NCBI GenBank assembly: GCA_964544295.1
Contig: CAZJBJ010000002.1
Span: 11,494-75,493, forward strand
Length of the DNA: 64,000 nt
Source: an uncultured Bifidobacteriaceae bacterium
GTDB lineage: Bacteria > Actinomycetota > Acidimicrobiia > IMCC26256 > JAENVU01
Reading direction: 5' to 3'
The notes beneath the pieces were generated by a model that saw only the letters and a list, made by a program, of their open reading frames with translations, had not been told where the DNA came from and searched no databases. The position numbers and the translations under genes are program-made. Positions 36,959 to 46,585 of this stretch are shown piece by piece (position 1 is the stretch's first letter; each line of letters starts with the position of its first letter).

Positions 36959-37660
36959 TCAGGGCAGCGGGAGCCCCGTCGCCCCGTCGCCGTAGGGCTG
37001 CGGGTCACCGTCGCCGTAGATCGTCACGTGGCCGGGACCGGCCACCGACCAGGTCGCATCGGGCGCCCTGACCAGTGCGGTCTCGGCATCGAGACCGACC
37101 AGGATCGCATCCCGCGGCTTCAGTTCGATCGATCGTTCGAGCAGGTGACTCGCGATGGTGCCGTGGTACGGGAAGACCGCGATGCCGGTCACGAACCCGA
37201 GCCCCACGGTGTACGCACCCCCGCGCGGGTCGACCATCGGATCGCAGAGGACCGTCGCCGCCGCGCCCGAGGCCGCGATCACCGCTCCCCGCCGGTAGGC
37301 CGCCATCAAGGCGGCGTAGAGCGCGGAATCCTTCAGCACCGACCGGAGGTGCATCGGGGAGCCGTCGGCGAGGTACACGAACGACGCCCGCTCGACCGCC
37401 TTGGCGTGGTCGGCGTGCTCGGCGTCGCGTCGATTCACGACCGGAAGCGTCGTGACCTTCGCCCCGAGCGGCGCGAAGTGGCGGTCAGCGGCCTCACCGA
37501 CCAGCTCCGGGTGCTCGTAGGACGCGGCGGTCGGCACCACCACGACCTCGGAATCCCCGCTGACCGCGAGCAGCCGGCGGTCGAGCGCCTGATGATGTTC
37601 GCCCCATTCACCCCCACCGATGAGTGCGAGCGTTCCCTTGGGTGCAGTCCGACCGGCCAT
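36959..37660 (-). CDS. Peptidase S51 / cyanophycinase-like (class I glutamine amidotransferase-like) protein
   Basis: ALIGGGE...VVVPTAS...YLADGSP..L...AASGAAA pattern. ATG at 37660. Confidence 0.6.
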   Translation of the reverse strand: MAGRTAPKGTLALIGGGEWGEHHQALDRRLLAVSGDSEVVVVPTAASYEHPELVGEAADRHFAPLGAKVTTLPVVNRRDAEHADHAKAVERASFVYLADGSPMHLRSVLKDSALYAALMAAYRRGAVIAASGAAATVLCDPMVDPRGGAYTVGLGFVTGIAVFPYHGTIASHLLERSIELKPRDAILVGLDAETALVRAPDATWSVAGPGHVTIYGDGDPQPYGDGATGLPLP

Positions 37661-37773
37661 CCGCCGCAGACTAGAGGCTGCGCCCAGGACCACCGAGGCC
37701 AGGTTGGCGCTCCCTTGGCGATACCGACCGACTCGTCACTACTGTTTCCGCTTTCACTCGGGGAGAGGGAGCT

Positions 37774-38625
37774 ATGACCAAGCGCGTCGGAATCGTCGGT
37801 TCGGGGATCATGGGCAGCGGCATCGCCGAGGTCGCAGCCAAGGCCGGGACCGAAGTGGTCCTGCGCAGCCGGTCCCAGGCGACCGCCGACGCGATGGTGG
37901 CCGGGCTCGAGAAGTCCTTGGCCAAGCAGGTCGAACGGGGCAAGCTCGACGACGACGAGCGGACCGCGGTGCTCGGCCGGGTGAGCGCGGTGAGCGACCT
38001 CGATGCGCTGAGCGACTGCGACCTCGTGATCGAGTCCATCGTCGAGGACCTCCCCACCAAGAAGCACCTCTTCAGTGAGCTCGACCGCATCGTCAAGGAC
38101 GGCGCGATCCTCGCCACCAACACGTCGACCCTCCCGGTCGTCGAGATGGCGATGGAGACCGGCCGGCCCGAGTTGGTGTGCGGTGTCCACTTCTTCAACC
38201 CGGCGCCGATGATGCCCCTCGTCGAGCTGGTCCGAGCCATCACGACGAGCGACGAGACCATCGCCACCGCCCGGGCGTTCGCCGAGGCGTGCGGCAAGAA
38301 GCCGGTCGAGGTCAAGGACCAGGCCGGGTTCATCGTCAACGCGCTGCTGTTCCCGTACCTCAACAACGCGGTGAAGCTCTACGACGCGGGCGTGGCCTCC
38401 AAGGAGGACATCGACGCGGCGATGCAAGGCGGCTGCAACTTCCCGATGGGGCCGCTCGCCCTGCTCGACCTCGTCGGCCTCGACACCAGCCTCGCGATCC
38501 TCGAAGCGCTCTACGCCGAGTTCAAGGACCCGAACTACGCGCCGGCACCGCTGCTGCGCCGCATGGTCAGCGCCGAACGCTACGGCCGCAAGTCCAAGCT
38601 CGGCTTCTTCGACTACCGCAAGTAA
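37774..38625 (+). CDS. 3-hydroxybutyryl-CoA dehydrogenase
   Basis: VGIVGSGIMGSGIA Rossmann motif, NTSTLPV, HFFNPAP.M.LVE, C-terminal dimerisation domain. Confidence 0.9.
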   Translation: MTKRVGIVGSGIMGSGIAEVAAKAGTEVVLRSRSQATADAMVAGLEKSLAKQVERGKLDDDERTAVLGRVSAVSDLDALSDCDLVIESIVEDLPTKKHLFSELDRIVKDGAILATNTSTLPVVEMAMETGRPELVCGVHFFNPAPMMPLVELVRAITTSDETIATARAFAEACGKKPVEVKDQAGFIVNALLFPYLNNAVKLYDAGVASKEDIDAAMQGGCNFPMGPLALLDLVGLDTSLAILEALYAEFKDPNYAPAPLLRRMVSAERYGRKSKLGFFDYRK

Positions 38626-38647
38626 CCCCAGGGATCGAGCGACCGAC

Positions 38648-40642
38648 ATGCCAACGAAGCCGGACGGGCAGAAGAGCAGGCCCTGGATGATTCGGACGTA
38701 CTCGGGGCATTCGTCGGCGCGGGCGTCGAACGAGCTGTACCGGACGAACCTGGCGAAAGGCCAGACCGGGTTGTCCGTGGCATTCGACCTGCCGACGCAG
38801 ACCGGCTACGACCCCGATCACGTGTTGGCCCACGGGGAGGTGGGCAAGGTCGGTGTGCCGGTGCCGCACCTCGGCGAGATGCGCACGCTGTTCGATCAGA
38901 TCCCCCTCGGCGAGATGAACACGTCGATGACGATCAACGCAACCGCCATGTGGCTGATCGCGATGTACGTGGCGCTCGCCGACGAACAGGGCGTGCCCCG
39001 TGATCAGCTCTCCGGGACGAGTCAGAACGACATCGTCAAGGAGTACCTCTCGCGCGGGACGTTCATCTTCGGGCCGGAGCCCAGCCGCCGGCTCACGGTC
39101 GACCTGATCACCTACACGGTGCGCAACATCCCGAAGTGGAACCCGATCAACGTCTGCCCCTACCACCTCCAGGAGGCGGGCGCGACCCCGGTCCAGGAGT
39201 TGGCGTACGGGCTCGCGACGGCGATCGGCGTCCTCGATGCGGTCCGCGACTCCGGTCAGGTGAGCCCGGAGGAGTTCCCCGAGGTCGTCGGGCGCATCTC
39301 GTTCTTCATCGACGTCACCACGCGCTTCGTCGAGGAGATGTGCAAGATGCGCGCGTTCACCCAGATGTGGGATCGCATCTGTCTGGAGCGCTACGGGGTG
39401 ACCGACGAGAAGCTGCGCCGGTTCCGCTACGGGGTGCAGGTGAACTCGCTGGGATTGACCGAGGCCCAGCCCGAGAACAACGTGCAGCGCATCGTGTTGG
39501 AGATGCTCGGCGTCACGTTGTCACGCGATGCCCGGGCGCGGGCGATCCAGTTGCCGTGCTGGAACGAGGCGCTGGGCCTGCCTCGTCCGTGGGATCAGCA
39601 GTGGTCGCTGCGGATGCAGCAGGTCCTCGCGTACGAGACCGACCTGCTCGAGTACGAGGACCTCTTCGAAGGTTCGAAGGTCGTCGAAGCCAAGGTCGCC
39701 GAGCTGATCGCCGAGGCCACCGACGAACTGAACTGGGTCCTCGACGGCGGCGGGGCGTTCGCCATGATCGACGACGTCAAGGCCCGGCTCGTCCAGTCGA
39801 ACGCCGAACGTGTGCGCGCGATCGAGGCGGGGACGCGCAAGGTCGTCGGCGTCAACTGCTTCACCGAGACCGAGCCGTCACCCCTGACCGACGAGAGTGC
39901 GAGCCACATTCTCGAACTCGATCCGGCGGCGGAACGCGAACAGATCGCGGCGCTCGCAGCCTGGCGCGCCGAGCGTGACGCGGACGCGGTCGCTGCGGCA
40001 CTCGCGCACGTCCGGGCGGTGGCCGCGACCGACGAGAACCTGATGGAAGCGACCATCGATCTCGCCCGTGCCGGTGGCACCGTGGGCGAGTGGGCGGGCG
40101 CCCTGCGCGAGGTCTTCGGCGAATACCGCGCGCCGACCGGCGTGTCCGGCGTCGCCGCGTCCACCGGGGAGGCGATGCTGGCGGTCCGGGCCCGCGCCCA
40201 ACAGGCGGCCGACGACCTCGGCGGCCCGCTCCGCATCCTCGTCGGCAAGCCGGGGCTCGACGGACATTCCAACGGGGCGGAGCAGATCGCCGTCGCGGCG
40301 CGCGATGCGGGTATGGAAGTCGTGTACCAGGGCATTCGGCTGACGCCGGAGCAGATCGCGGCGGCCGCCCGGGACGAGGATGTCGACGTGATCGGCCTGT
40401 CGATCCTGTCGGGTTCCCACCTCGAACTCGTCCCCGCGACGTTGGAACTCCTCCGGGCGGCCGATGTTCAGGCGCCAATGGTCGTCGGCGGAATCATCCC
40501 GCCGGCCGACGCCCGGGCGCTCGAAGCGGCCGGAATTGCCCGGATTTACACGCCCAAGGACTACGAACTGGCGGCGATCATGGCCGACGTCGTGGGCCTG
40601 GCCACCGAATACCGGCGGGAGCGCACAAAAGCCCTCCACTGA
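38648..40642 (+). CDS. ecm: Ethylmalonyl-CoA mutase (MeaA-type fused B12-dependent acyl-CoA mutase)
   Basis: RPWMIRTYSGHSSARASNELYRTNLAKGQTGLSVAFDLPTQTGYD (the MRTY.GHS signature distinguishes Ecm/MeaA from Mcm as I recall). C-terminal B12 domain GKPGLDGHSNGAE (DxHxxG). Confidence 0.8.
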   Translation: MPTKPDGQKSRPWMIRTYSGHSSARASNELYRTNLAKGQTGLSVAFDLPTQTGYDPDHVLAHGEVGKVGVPVPHLGEMRTLFDQIPLGEMNTSMTINATAMWLIAMYVALADEQGVPRDQLSGTSQNDIVKEYLSRGTFIFGPEPSRRLTVDLITYTVRNIPKWNPINVCPYHLQEAGATPVQELAYGLATAIGVLDAVRDSGQVSPEEFPEVVGRISFFIDVTTRFVEEMCKMRAFTQMWDRICLERYGVTDEKLRRFRYGVQVNSLGLTEAQPENNVQRIVLEMLGVTLSRDARARAIQLPCWNEALGLPRPWDQQWSLRMQQVLAYETDLLEYEDLFEGSKVVEAKVAELIAEATDELNWVLDGGGAFAMIDDVKARLVQSNAERVRAIEAGTRKVVGVNCFTETEPSPLTDESASHILELDPAAEREQIAALAAWRAERDADAVAAALAHVRAVAATDENLMEATIDLARAGGTVGEWAGALREVFGEYRAPTGVSGVAASTGEAMLAVRARAQQAADDLGGPLRILVGKPGLDGHSNGAEQIAVAARDAGMEVVYQGIRLTPEQIAAAARDEDVDVIGLSILSGSHLELVPATLELLRAADVQAPMVVGGIIPPADARALEAAGIARIYTPKDYELAAIMADVVGLATEYRRERTKALH

Positions 40643-40669
40643 GCGCCGATTCGAGCCGATGCACTGCGT

Positions 40670-41446
40670 GTGAAGGATCGTTGCCTTGCGAGTTCCATCG
40701 CGGCCGGCATTGCCGCGCTCGTCTGCGGCATGGTCGACAGCGTCATCGGGTCGTCGCCACTCGGCATCGTGACCGGCCTCCTCGGGTTCTCGGCTGCGAT
40801 CGGCGCGGCGGCGATCGCAGCTCGCCAGTTCAACGCCTCGGACCAACTCGTCGAGGTCACTGAGGAACGCGACCGACTCCGACGGGAACTCGGCGCGCTC
40901 GCCGCAATTTTCGGCGACGAAGCCGCCGATGCCCATGACCCGACCCTTGCGCTCGCCCCGCCCCTCGACATGGAGAAGTCCGTGGATCACGCATCCGGTC
41001 TCTTGGACCAGCAGTTCTTCAAGGTGATGGTGCAGCAACGGGTCGCCGCCGCCCGCCGGCAGCTCCAACCGCTGACCGTGATCCTGTTCGACATCGACGG
41101 GCTCGACGGTGCGAGTCACGACGAGTGCAACGCTGCGATCGGCGCGCTCGGCGCGACCGTGACCCAGACCCTGCGTGAGTCCGACGCCGCCTGTCGGGTC
41201 GGCACCAAGATGGCCGCCGCGATTCTCGAGGACACCGCCGAGGCCGGCGCGGTCTGGGCTGCGGAGCGGATCCGGGGCACGCTGCACCAGACGACCGACG
41301 GCGTGACCATCACGGTCTCTGCCGGCATCGCGTGTTACCCGACACACGCGCTCAGCGCACCGGAACTCATCGAACGCGCCGGGCGAGCGCTCGACACCGC
41401 CCGCGCCCAGGGCCGCGACCGCCTCGAGATCGCCAACTCCGACTAA
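40670..41446 (+). CDS. Membrane-anchored degenerate GGDEF-domain protein
   Basis: Two N-terminal TM segments and a coiled linker, then a GGDEF-fold layout. The signature reads RVGTKMAAAIL instead of RxGG(D/E)EF, and DIDGLDGASHDECN replaces DIDHFKxxND. Confidence 0.6.
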   Translation: MKDRCLASSIAAGIAALVCGMVDSVIGSSPLGIVTGLLGFSAAIGAAAIAARQFNASDQLVEVTEERDRLRRELGALAAIFGDEAADAHDPTLALAPPLDMEKSVDHASGLLDQQFFKVMVQQRVAAARRQLQPLTVILFDIDGLDGASHDECNAAIGALGATVTQTLRESDAACRVGTKMAAAILEDTAEAGAVWAAERIRGTLHQTTDGVTITVSAGIACYPTHALSAPELIERAGRALDTARAQGRDRLEIANSD

Positions 41447-41456
41447 CGGGACTCTC

Positions 41457-43268
41457 CTACCCTTTGTAGAGAGCCTCGATCTCGCGTTCGTACTTGGCGT
41501 GGATGCCGCGTCGCTTGAGCTTGCTCGTCGGGGTGAGCTCCTCGGAATCGGGCATCCATTCCTGATGGAGGACGCGCACCTTCTTCACCCGCTCGGCGTT
41601 GTTGAAGGGCGCCATCGCCTCGGCCACCTGCCGATCGACCTCGGCGAGCACCTCCGGGTGTTCGGCAAGGGCCGCGAGATCGGCGGCGTCGATGTCGTGC
41701 CCCTTCGCCCAGACCGGGGCCACCTCCGCGTCGAGCACCACGAGCGCGCTCATGAACGGGCGCTGGTCACCGATCACACAGGCTTGCCCGATGAGTAGCT
41801 GTGCCTTCAGGGCGGATTCGAGGTTGGCCGGCGATATGTTCTTCCCGCCCGCGGTGATGATGAGTTCCTTCTTGCGGTCGACGATCGTGAGGTACCCGTC
41901 GTCGTCCAGGACCCCGATGTCACCCGAGTGCAACCAGCCGTCGGCGTCCAGCGCCTCGGCGGTCTTCTCCGGATCGTCGAGGTACCCGCGGAACACCTGA
42001 CCGCCGCGGGTGAGGACCTCACCGTCCTCGGCCAGCGCGATGGTGCCGCCCGGCACCGCCCGGCCGACCGTGCCGGCCCGCACCGCGAAGGGGTCCCAGG
42101 TCATGATCCCGCTCGTCTCGCTCATGCCGTAGACCTCCGAAAGCGGTACGCCGAGACCGCGGAAGAAGTCGAAGATCTCGACGGAGATCGGCGCCGCCCC
42201 GCTGATCGCGGCGACGCACGCGTCCAATCCGAGCAGACCGCGGACCATGCCGAGCGCCTCGTCCGCCACTGCGAACTCCGCAGCCAGATCGGTGGGGAGT
42301 TCCTCGCCCTGCGCGCGGCACCTTGCGGCCCGCAGTCCGACCTCCAGCGCCGCCTCGAGCTGGGCCTTGCGCGCGGGGTCGGCGCCGGCCATGGCCATCA
42401 CCCCCGCGTGGATCTTCTCCCAGACACGCGGCACCGCGAAGAACACCTGGGGCCGGACCTCGGGAAGGTACTGCGCCACCGCGCCGGGTTCCGGACACGT
42501 CGTGACTTCGTAGCCGTAGGTCAGCGCGAGGTAGTGCGAGACGTTGCGCTCGGCGATGTGCGCCATCGGCAGATAGGACACGAGTCGCGCCCGCTCGAGG
42601 TCGACGTCACCCAGCACTTCCCACAGTGACTTCATCGTCCAGGCCACGTTCGCGTGGTCGATCATCACCCCCTTGGGCGGTCCGGTCGTCCCCGAGGTGT
42701 AGATGACCGTCGCGAGATCCGATGGCTGCGCGATCCGCGCCAACGTGTCGAGATCCTCGGGATCCGCAGCCAGCAGCTCGGACCACGCCCGGATGCCGTC
42801 AGGAACGCCGGCCGACGGTGGGTCGATGACCACGACCTCACGGAGGCCGGGGAGTTCGTCCCGCACCGCCACCACACGACCGAGGAAGCCCTCGTCCTCG
42901 ACGATCGCGATGGTCGCGCCACAGTGACCGCTGAGGTACCGGATCTGGTCGGCCGATGACGAGTTGTAGATCGAGATCGGCGTGGCACCGAGGAGCACGA
43001 CCGCCATGTCGGCGACGTGGAACTCGGGCCGATTGCGGATCATCAGGACCACACGGTCACCGCGCGTGACGCCCAGACCGCGGAGACCGGCCGCGAGCCG
43101 ACAGGCCTGGTCGGCGTACTCACCGAAGGTCGTTTCCTGCCACCCGTCGCCGGCCTTCCAGCGCAGCGCCACCTGGCCCGCGCGCGCCGCGACCGTGTCC
43201 CGGAACAGCGTCGCCACGGTCTGACCGGCGGTCGCGTCCGCGATCTGCTCATCCGTCCACTCGGTCAC
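41457..43268 (-). CDS. Long-chain fatty-acid--CoA ligase (AMP-dependent synthetase)
   Basis: VIYTSGTTGPPKGV, SGDIG..DDDGYLTIVDRKKE, GKNISP. I chose the GTG at 43268. The upstream 90 in-frame codons have low GC3. Confidence 0.85.
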   Translation of the reverse strand: MTEWTDEQIADATAGQTVATLFRDTVAARAGQVALRWKAGDGWQETTFGEYADQACRLAAGLRGLGVTRGDRVVLMIRNRPEFHVADMAVVLLGATPISIYNSSSADQIRYLSGHCGATIAIVEDEGFLGRVVAVRDELPGLREVVVIDPPSAGVPDGIRAWSELLAADPEDLDTLARIAQPSDLATVIYTSGTTGPPKGVMIDHANVAWTMKSLWEVLGDVDLERARLVSYLPMAHIAERNVSHYLALTYGYEVTTCPEPGAVAQYLPEVRPQVFFAVPRVWEKIHAGVMAMAGADPARKAQLEAALEVGLRAARCRAQGEELPTDLAAEFAVADEALGMVRGLLGLDACVAAISGAAPISVEIFDFFRGLGVPLSEVYGMSETSGIMTWDPFAVRAGTVGRAVPGGTIALAEDGEVLTRGGQVFRGYLDDPEKTAEALDADGWLHSGDIGVLDDDGYLTIVDRKKELIITAGGKNISPANLESALKAQLLIGQACVIGDQRPFMSALVVLDAEVAPVWAKGHDIDAADLAALAEHPEVLAEVDRQVAEAMAPFNNAERVKKVRVLHQEWMPDSEELTPTSKLKRRGIHAKYEREIEALYKG

Positions 43269-43342
43269 CGGCAGCTCCCCTGTCGTGTTTCCCCTGATGA
43301 GGGCCCAATTGGTAGCCGACGCGGCGCCGGTCGGGCCACACG

Positions 43343-43407
43343 GTCCCCACCTGGTTGGGGACAACTCGACCGACGTTGGGGACAACCCCGCGGCGCCTGG
43401 GGACAAC
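43343..43407. repeat. GTCCCCA/TGGGGAC palindrome followed by three direct TGGGGACAAC repeats spaced exactly 21 bp apart (43356, 43377, 43398)
   Basis: Read directly from the sequence. The reverse complement GTTGTCCCCA is a 1-mismatch version of the actinobacterial DnaA box TTGTCCACA. Confidence 0.85.
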
Positions 43408-43530
43408 CGGAGCAGCCGATCCCGTGTGTCTGCGAGCCCAGAAACTGGGAGGCGACGGAGCGTGGCCGGGTCAGTCCCCGGGACACGATCCACAAGCCCA
43501 TCCCCAGGCGCCGGGCTGATTTCCCCAGCG

Positions 43531-43539
43531 TTATCCACA
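43531..43539 (+). promoter_or_regulatory. Perfect E. coli-type DnaA box TTATCCACA
   Basis: Exact 9-mer in the same 310-bp intergenic region. A further near-box cGATCCACA lies at 43486-43494. Confidence 0.5.
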
Positions 43540-43578
43540 GGGAAGGCGGTCAGAAGTCGCCGGGCGTCGCCTCGGCGG

Positions 43579-44715
43579 TCACTCGTCGTGGTCGTGCGCG
43601 TCGAGCTCGCCGATCACGGTGTCGGTGTCCGCGCCCAACGACCGCCCCGCCCAACGGACCTCGCCGGGTGTCTCCGAGAACCGGGCGATCAGCCCGGGCA
43701 TGATCACGCCGTCGACGTCGACGAGCGAGCCGCGCTCCACCACGTGGGGGTCGCGGGCGACTTCGGCGACCGAGTACACCGGGGCGATCGCCGCGTGGGC
43801 CGCCTCGAACCCTGCGATCACCTCCTCGGCACTGCGCCGACCAACCCACTCCGCCACGATCGCGTTCAACTCGTCCCGATGGTCGACGCGATCGGCGAAG
43901 GTCGCGAAGCGCGCGTCGTCGCCGACGCCGAGCAGGTCCAGTAACCGTGACGCCACGGACTCGGCGGAGGCGGAGATCGCCACCCACCGGCCGTCGGCAC
44001 ATCGGTAGGTCCCGCGGGGCACCGAGTACGGGATCCCACTGCCGAGACGAGGTTGTTCGTAACCGAGATGGGCCGACGCGCTGTGCAGCGGACCCATCAG
44101 CGAGAGCATCGTGTCGAGCAGGTTCACGTCGATCACCTGGCCGACACCGGTCCGATCCCGATGCCGGAGCGCGGCGAGGATCGCGAATGCGCCGACGATC
44201 GCGGTGACCTCGTCGGTCAACGCGATCGGCGGCGGCAGCGGCGCACCGTCGGGCTCCCCGTTGATCGCCGCAAAACCACTCATCGCCTCGGCCGTGGTCG
44301 CGAATCCGGGTCGTTGGGAGTACGGACCGGTCTGACCGAACCCGGTGACCCGCAGGATGACGAGACCCGGGTTGGCGGCAAGCAGGTCGGACGGATCGAG
44401 GCCCAGGCGTTCGAGCGCTCCCGGCCGCAGGTTCTCGATCAGCACGTCGGCGTCGCGCACGAGCGCATGCATGTGTGCGAGTCCGGTCTCGGATTTGAGG
44501 TCGAGCACGACGGCACGCTTGCCCCGAGCGACGAGCTTCCACATGTACGAGTCGCCGTCGTTCGGATCGACCCAGCCGAGGCGGCGGGTGCCGTCACCCC
44601 CGGGAGCTTCGACCTTGACGACGTCCGCTCCGAAATCGGCGAGGTAGCGAGCCGCGCCCGGCGCGGCGATGACGGTGGCCATGTCGATGACCCGGATGCC
44701 CTCGAGCGCCTGCAC
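43579..44715 (-). CDS. CaiB/BaiF family (class III) CoA-transferase
   Basis: LEGIRVIDMATVIAAPGAARYLADFGADVVKVE. The GTG at 44715 avoids an 80-nt overlap with surE. Confidence 0.8.
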   Translation of the reverse strand: MQALEGIRVIDMATVIAAPGAARYLADFGADVVKVEAPGGDGTRRLGWVDPNDGDSYMWKLVARGKRAVVLDLKSETGLAHMHALVRDADVLIENLRPGALERLGLDPSDLLAANPGLVILRVTGFGQTGPYSQRPGFATTAEAMSGFAAINGEPDGAPLPPPIALTDEVTAIVGAFAILAALRHRDRTGVGQVIDVNLLDTMLSLMGPLHSASAHLGYEQPRLGSGIPYSVPRGTYRCADGRWVAISASAESVASRLLDLLGVGDDARFATFADRVDHRDELNAIVAEWVGRRSAEEVIAGFEAAHAAIAPVYSVAEVARDPHVVERGSLVDVDGVIMPGLIARFSETPGEVRWAGRSLGADTDTVIGELDAHDHDE

Positions 44716-44734
44716 CCGATTCAGGATAGAGACG

Positions 44735-45613
44735 TCACGACGGGCCGGCCGGACGGTGGAGGCTGCCCAGGGCGTCGGCGTCGGGCACGGTGTGGGTCGG
44801 CTCGAGTGGTGCACCCGGCATCACCGCCTGTCCGACCGGCACGGTGGCGGTGCGGTCGGCGGCACCACCCGGCCAGGCCTCGGTGATACCGACCAGTGTC
44901 GTGAGCGTTACGAACCCAGCCCGCACGAGACCCGTGTCGGTATCGGGATCGAAACTCACCTGTGCGAGCCGGAGCTCCGCGGCGACGCGACGCGAGCGGC
45001 CGCCCATCGCGTCGGCGTCGGTGCCGGTCAGCACCATACGAACTTCACCGAACGGCGCCAGGCGCGCCCAGCGCAGCCCGCGCACCTCGCCGGACGGCCG
45101 CGCGGGGACGTTCAGATTCAGCACCGACCGCCGCGGTGCGCGGATCAGCAGTTCGACCGCTTCCAGCGCGAACCCGGTTGCGGTCTCCCAGTGCCACGGA
45201 TCACTGGACTGGAGGCTGACGGCCAGCGCCGACAGCCCCAGGTTCTGAGCCGCGAGCGCCGCACCGACGGTGCCCGAGTACAAGACGGCCCGGCCCGTGT
45301 TCAGACCGGCGTTGATCCCCGAAACCACGAGGTCCGGCGGCGGGCCGAATGCGCCGAGATTCGCGGCCATCACGCACATGGCCGGGGTGGCATCGAGGGC
45401 CCACGCCTCGATCCCGTCGTCGTCGGCAAAGTGCACCTGGTGCGCCACGAGGCCGTCGGCCGCGAGCGCGCCGAGCGACGCGGCAGTGCCGCTGCGGTCC
45501 CGGTCAGGCGCGACGAGCACCACCTCGAACCGGGGATCGCGAGCCAGCGCCCGGGCCATGGAGTGGATGCCGACCGCCTCGGCACCGTCGTCGTTGGTCA
45601 CCAGCACTCGCAT
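44735..45613 (-). CDS. surE: 5'/3'-nucleotidase SurE (with a C-terminal extension of about 40 aa)
   Basis: MRVLVTNDDG, SGINAGLN, YSGTVGAA. Confidence 0.85.
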   Translation of the reverse strand: MRVLVTNDDGAEAVGIHSMARALARDPRFEVVLVAPDRDRSGTAASLGALAADGLVAHQVHFADDDGIEAWALDATPAMCVMAANLGAFGPPPDLVVSGINAGLNTGRAVLYSGTVGAALAAQNLGLSALAVSLQSSDPWHWETATGFALEAVELLIRAPRRSVLNLNVPARPSGEVRGLRWARLAPFGEVRMVLTGTDADAMGGRSRRVAAELRLAQVSFDPDTDTGLVRAGFVTLTTLVGITEAWPGGAADRTATVPVGQAVMPGAPLEPTHTVPDADALGSLHRPAGPS

Positions 45614-45695
45614 CGGGCGATCCTCTCACCCGGGCGTCGGCCGCACCGACCGGGACCGCAAGGATTCGGGTGATCGCTGCGCTACGTTCACCGCG

Positions 45696-46580
45696 ATGCA
45701 GGTCAGACACGCGCCCGGGATCCTCGAATCCCCTGCGCGCGTGCACGCGGCGACCCGAGCGCCGTTCCGGATCGGCGCCGTGCAACTCGCATGGCAGGAC
45801 GACCCGGTCGCCCACCAGGCCGCGCTCACCGAGGCCGCGACCCTCGCGGCGGCCGAGGGCGCGCACCTCGTGTGTCTCCAGGAACTGACGTTGTCGCCGT
45901 ACTTCGCGATCACCGAGACCAACGCGGACGCGGTCCCGGAACCACTGCCCGGTGGTCCCACGCACGAGTTCGCGGCGCGCCTCGCCCGTGATCTCGACGT
46001 TCCGGTCCACGCGTCGCTGTGGGAGGCCGCCGACGACGGCGGGCTCGGGTACAACACCGCCATCGTCGTGGACCCGTCGGGCGCGCTGCTGGCGCGTACC
46101 CGCAAGGTGCACATCCCGATCACCGCCGGGTACTACGAGGACCGCTACTTCCGGCCGGGTGACACCGGCTACCCCGTCGTCGAGATCGACGGCGCCCGGT
46201 TCGGCTTCCCGACCTGCTGGGACCAGTGGTTCCCGGAGGTGGCACGGGAGTATTCGCGCGGCGGTGCCGAGGTGTTGGTGTACCCGACGGCCATCGGCTC
46301 GGAGCCCGATCACCCGGAGTTCGACACCCAGCCGTTGTGGGAGCACGTGATCCGGGGGAACGGCATCACCAACGGCACGTTCATGGTGGCGATCAACCGC
46401 ATCGGGACCGAGCGGGCCGGAGACACCGCGATCACGTTCTACGGCTCGTCGTTCGTCTCCGACCCGTACGGCCGGGTGTTGGTGCAGGCGCCGCGGGACG
46501 AACCCGCCGTCCTCATCGCCGACCTCGACCTCGACCAACGCCGCGACTGGCTCGACCTCTTCCCGTTCCTCACCACCTAA
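45696..46580 (+). CDS. Carbon-nitrogen hydrolase, N-carbamoylputrescine amidase-like
   Basis: Glu-Lys-Cys triad contexts CLQEL, RKVHIP, PTCWDQWFPE. Confidence 0.75.
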   Translation: MQVRHAPGILESPARVHAATRAPFRIGAVQLAWQDDPVAHQAALTEAATLAAAEGAHLVCLQELTLSPYFAITETNADAVPEPLPGGPTHEFAARLARDLDVPVHASLWEAADDGGLGYNTAIVVDPSGALLARTRKVHIPITAGYYEDRYFRPGDTGYPVVEIDGARFGFPTCWDQWFPEVAREYSRGGAEVLVYPTAIGSEPDHPEFDTQPLWEHVIRGNGITNGTFMVAINRIGTERAGDTAITFYGSSFVSDPYGRVLVQAPRDEPAVLIADLDLDQRRDWLDLFPFLTT

Positions 46581-46585
46581 ACCCC

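Noticed and set aside
43269-43538. A 90-codon in-frame N-terminal extension of the fadD-like gene. It contains three heptad-like 'LSP' repeats (RLSPGAAGLSPTSVELSPTRWG).
   Set aside because: The heptads are simply the translation of the 21-bp DNA repeat. Third-position GC in this stretch is clearly lower than in the gene body. Acyl-CoA ligase homology begins only after the GTG at 43268. I treat the region as regulatory DNA.
43335-43540. Calling the DnaA-box-like cluster the chromosomal origin (oriC).
   Set aside because: No dnaA, dnaN, rpmH or parAB genes flank it, and no AT-rich unwinding element is visible. It is kept as a DnaA-box-cluster or operator-array hypothesis.
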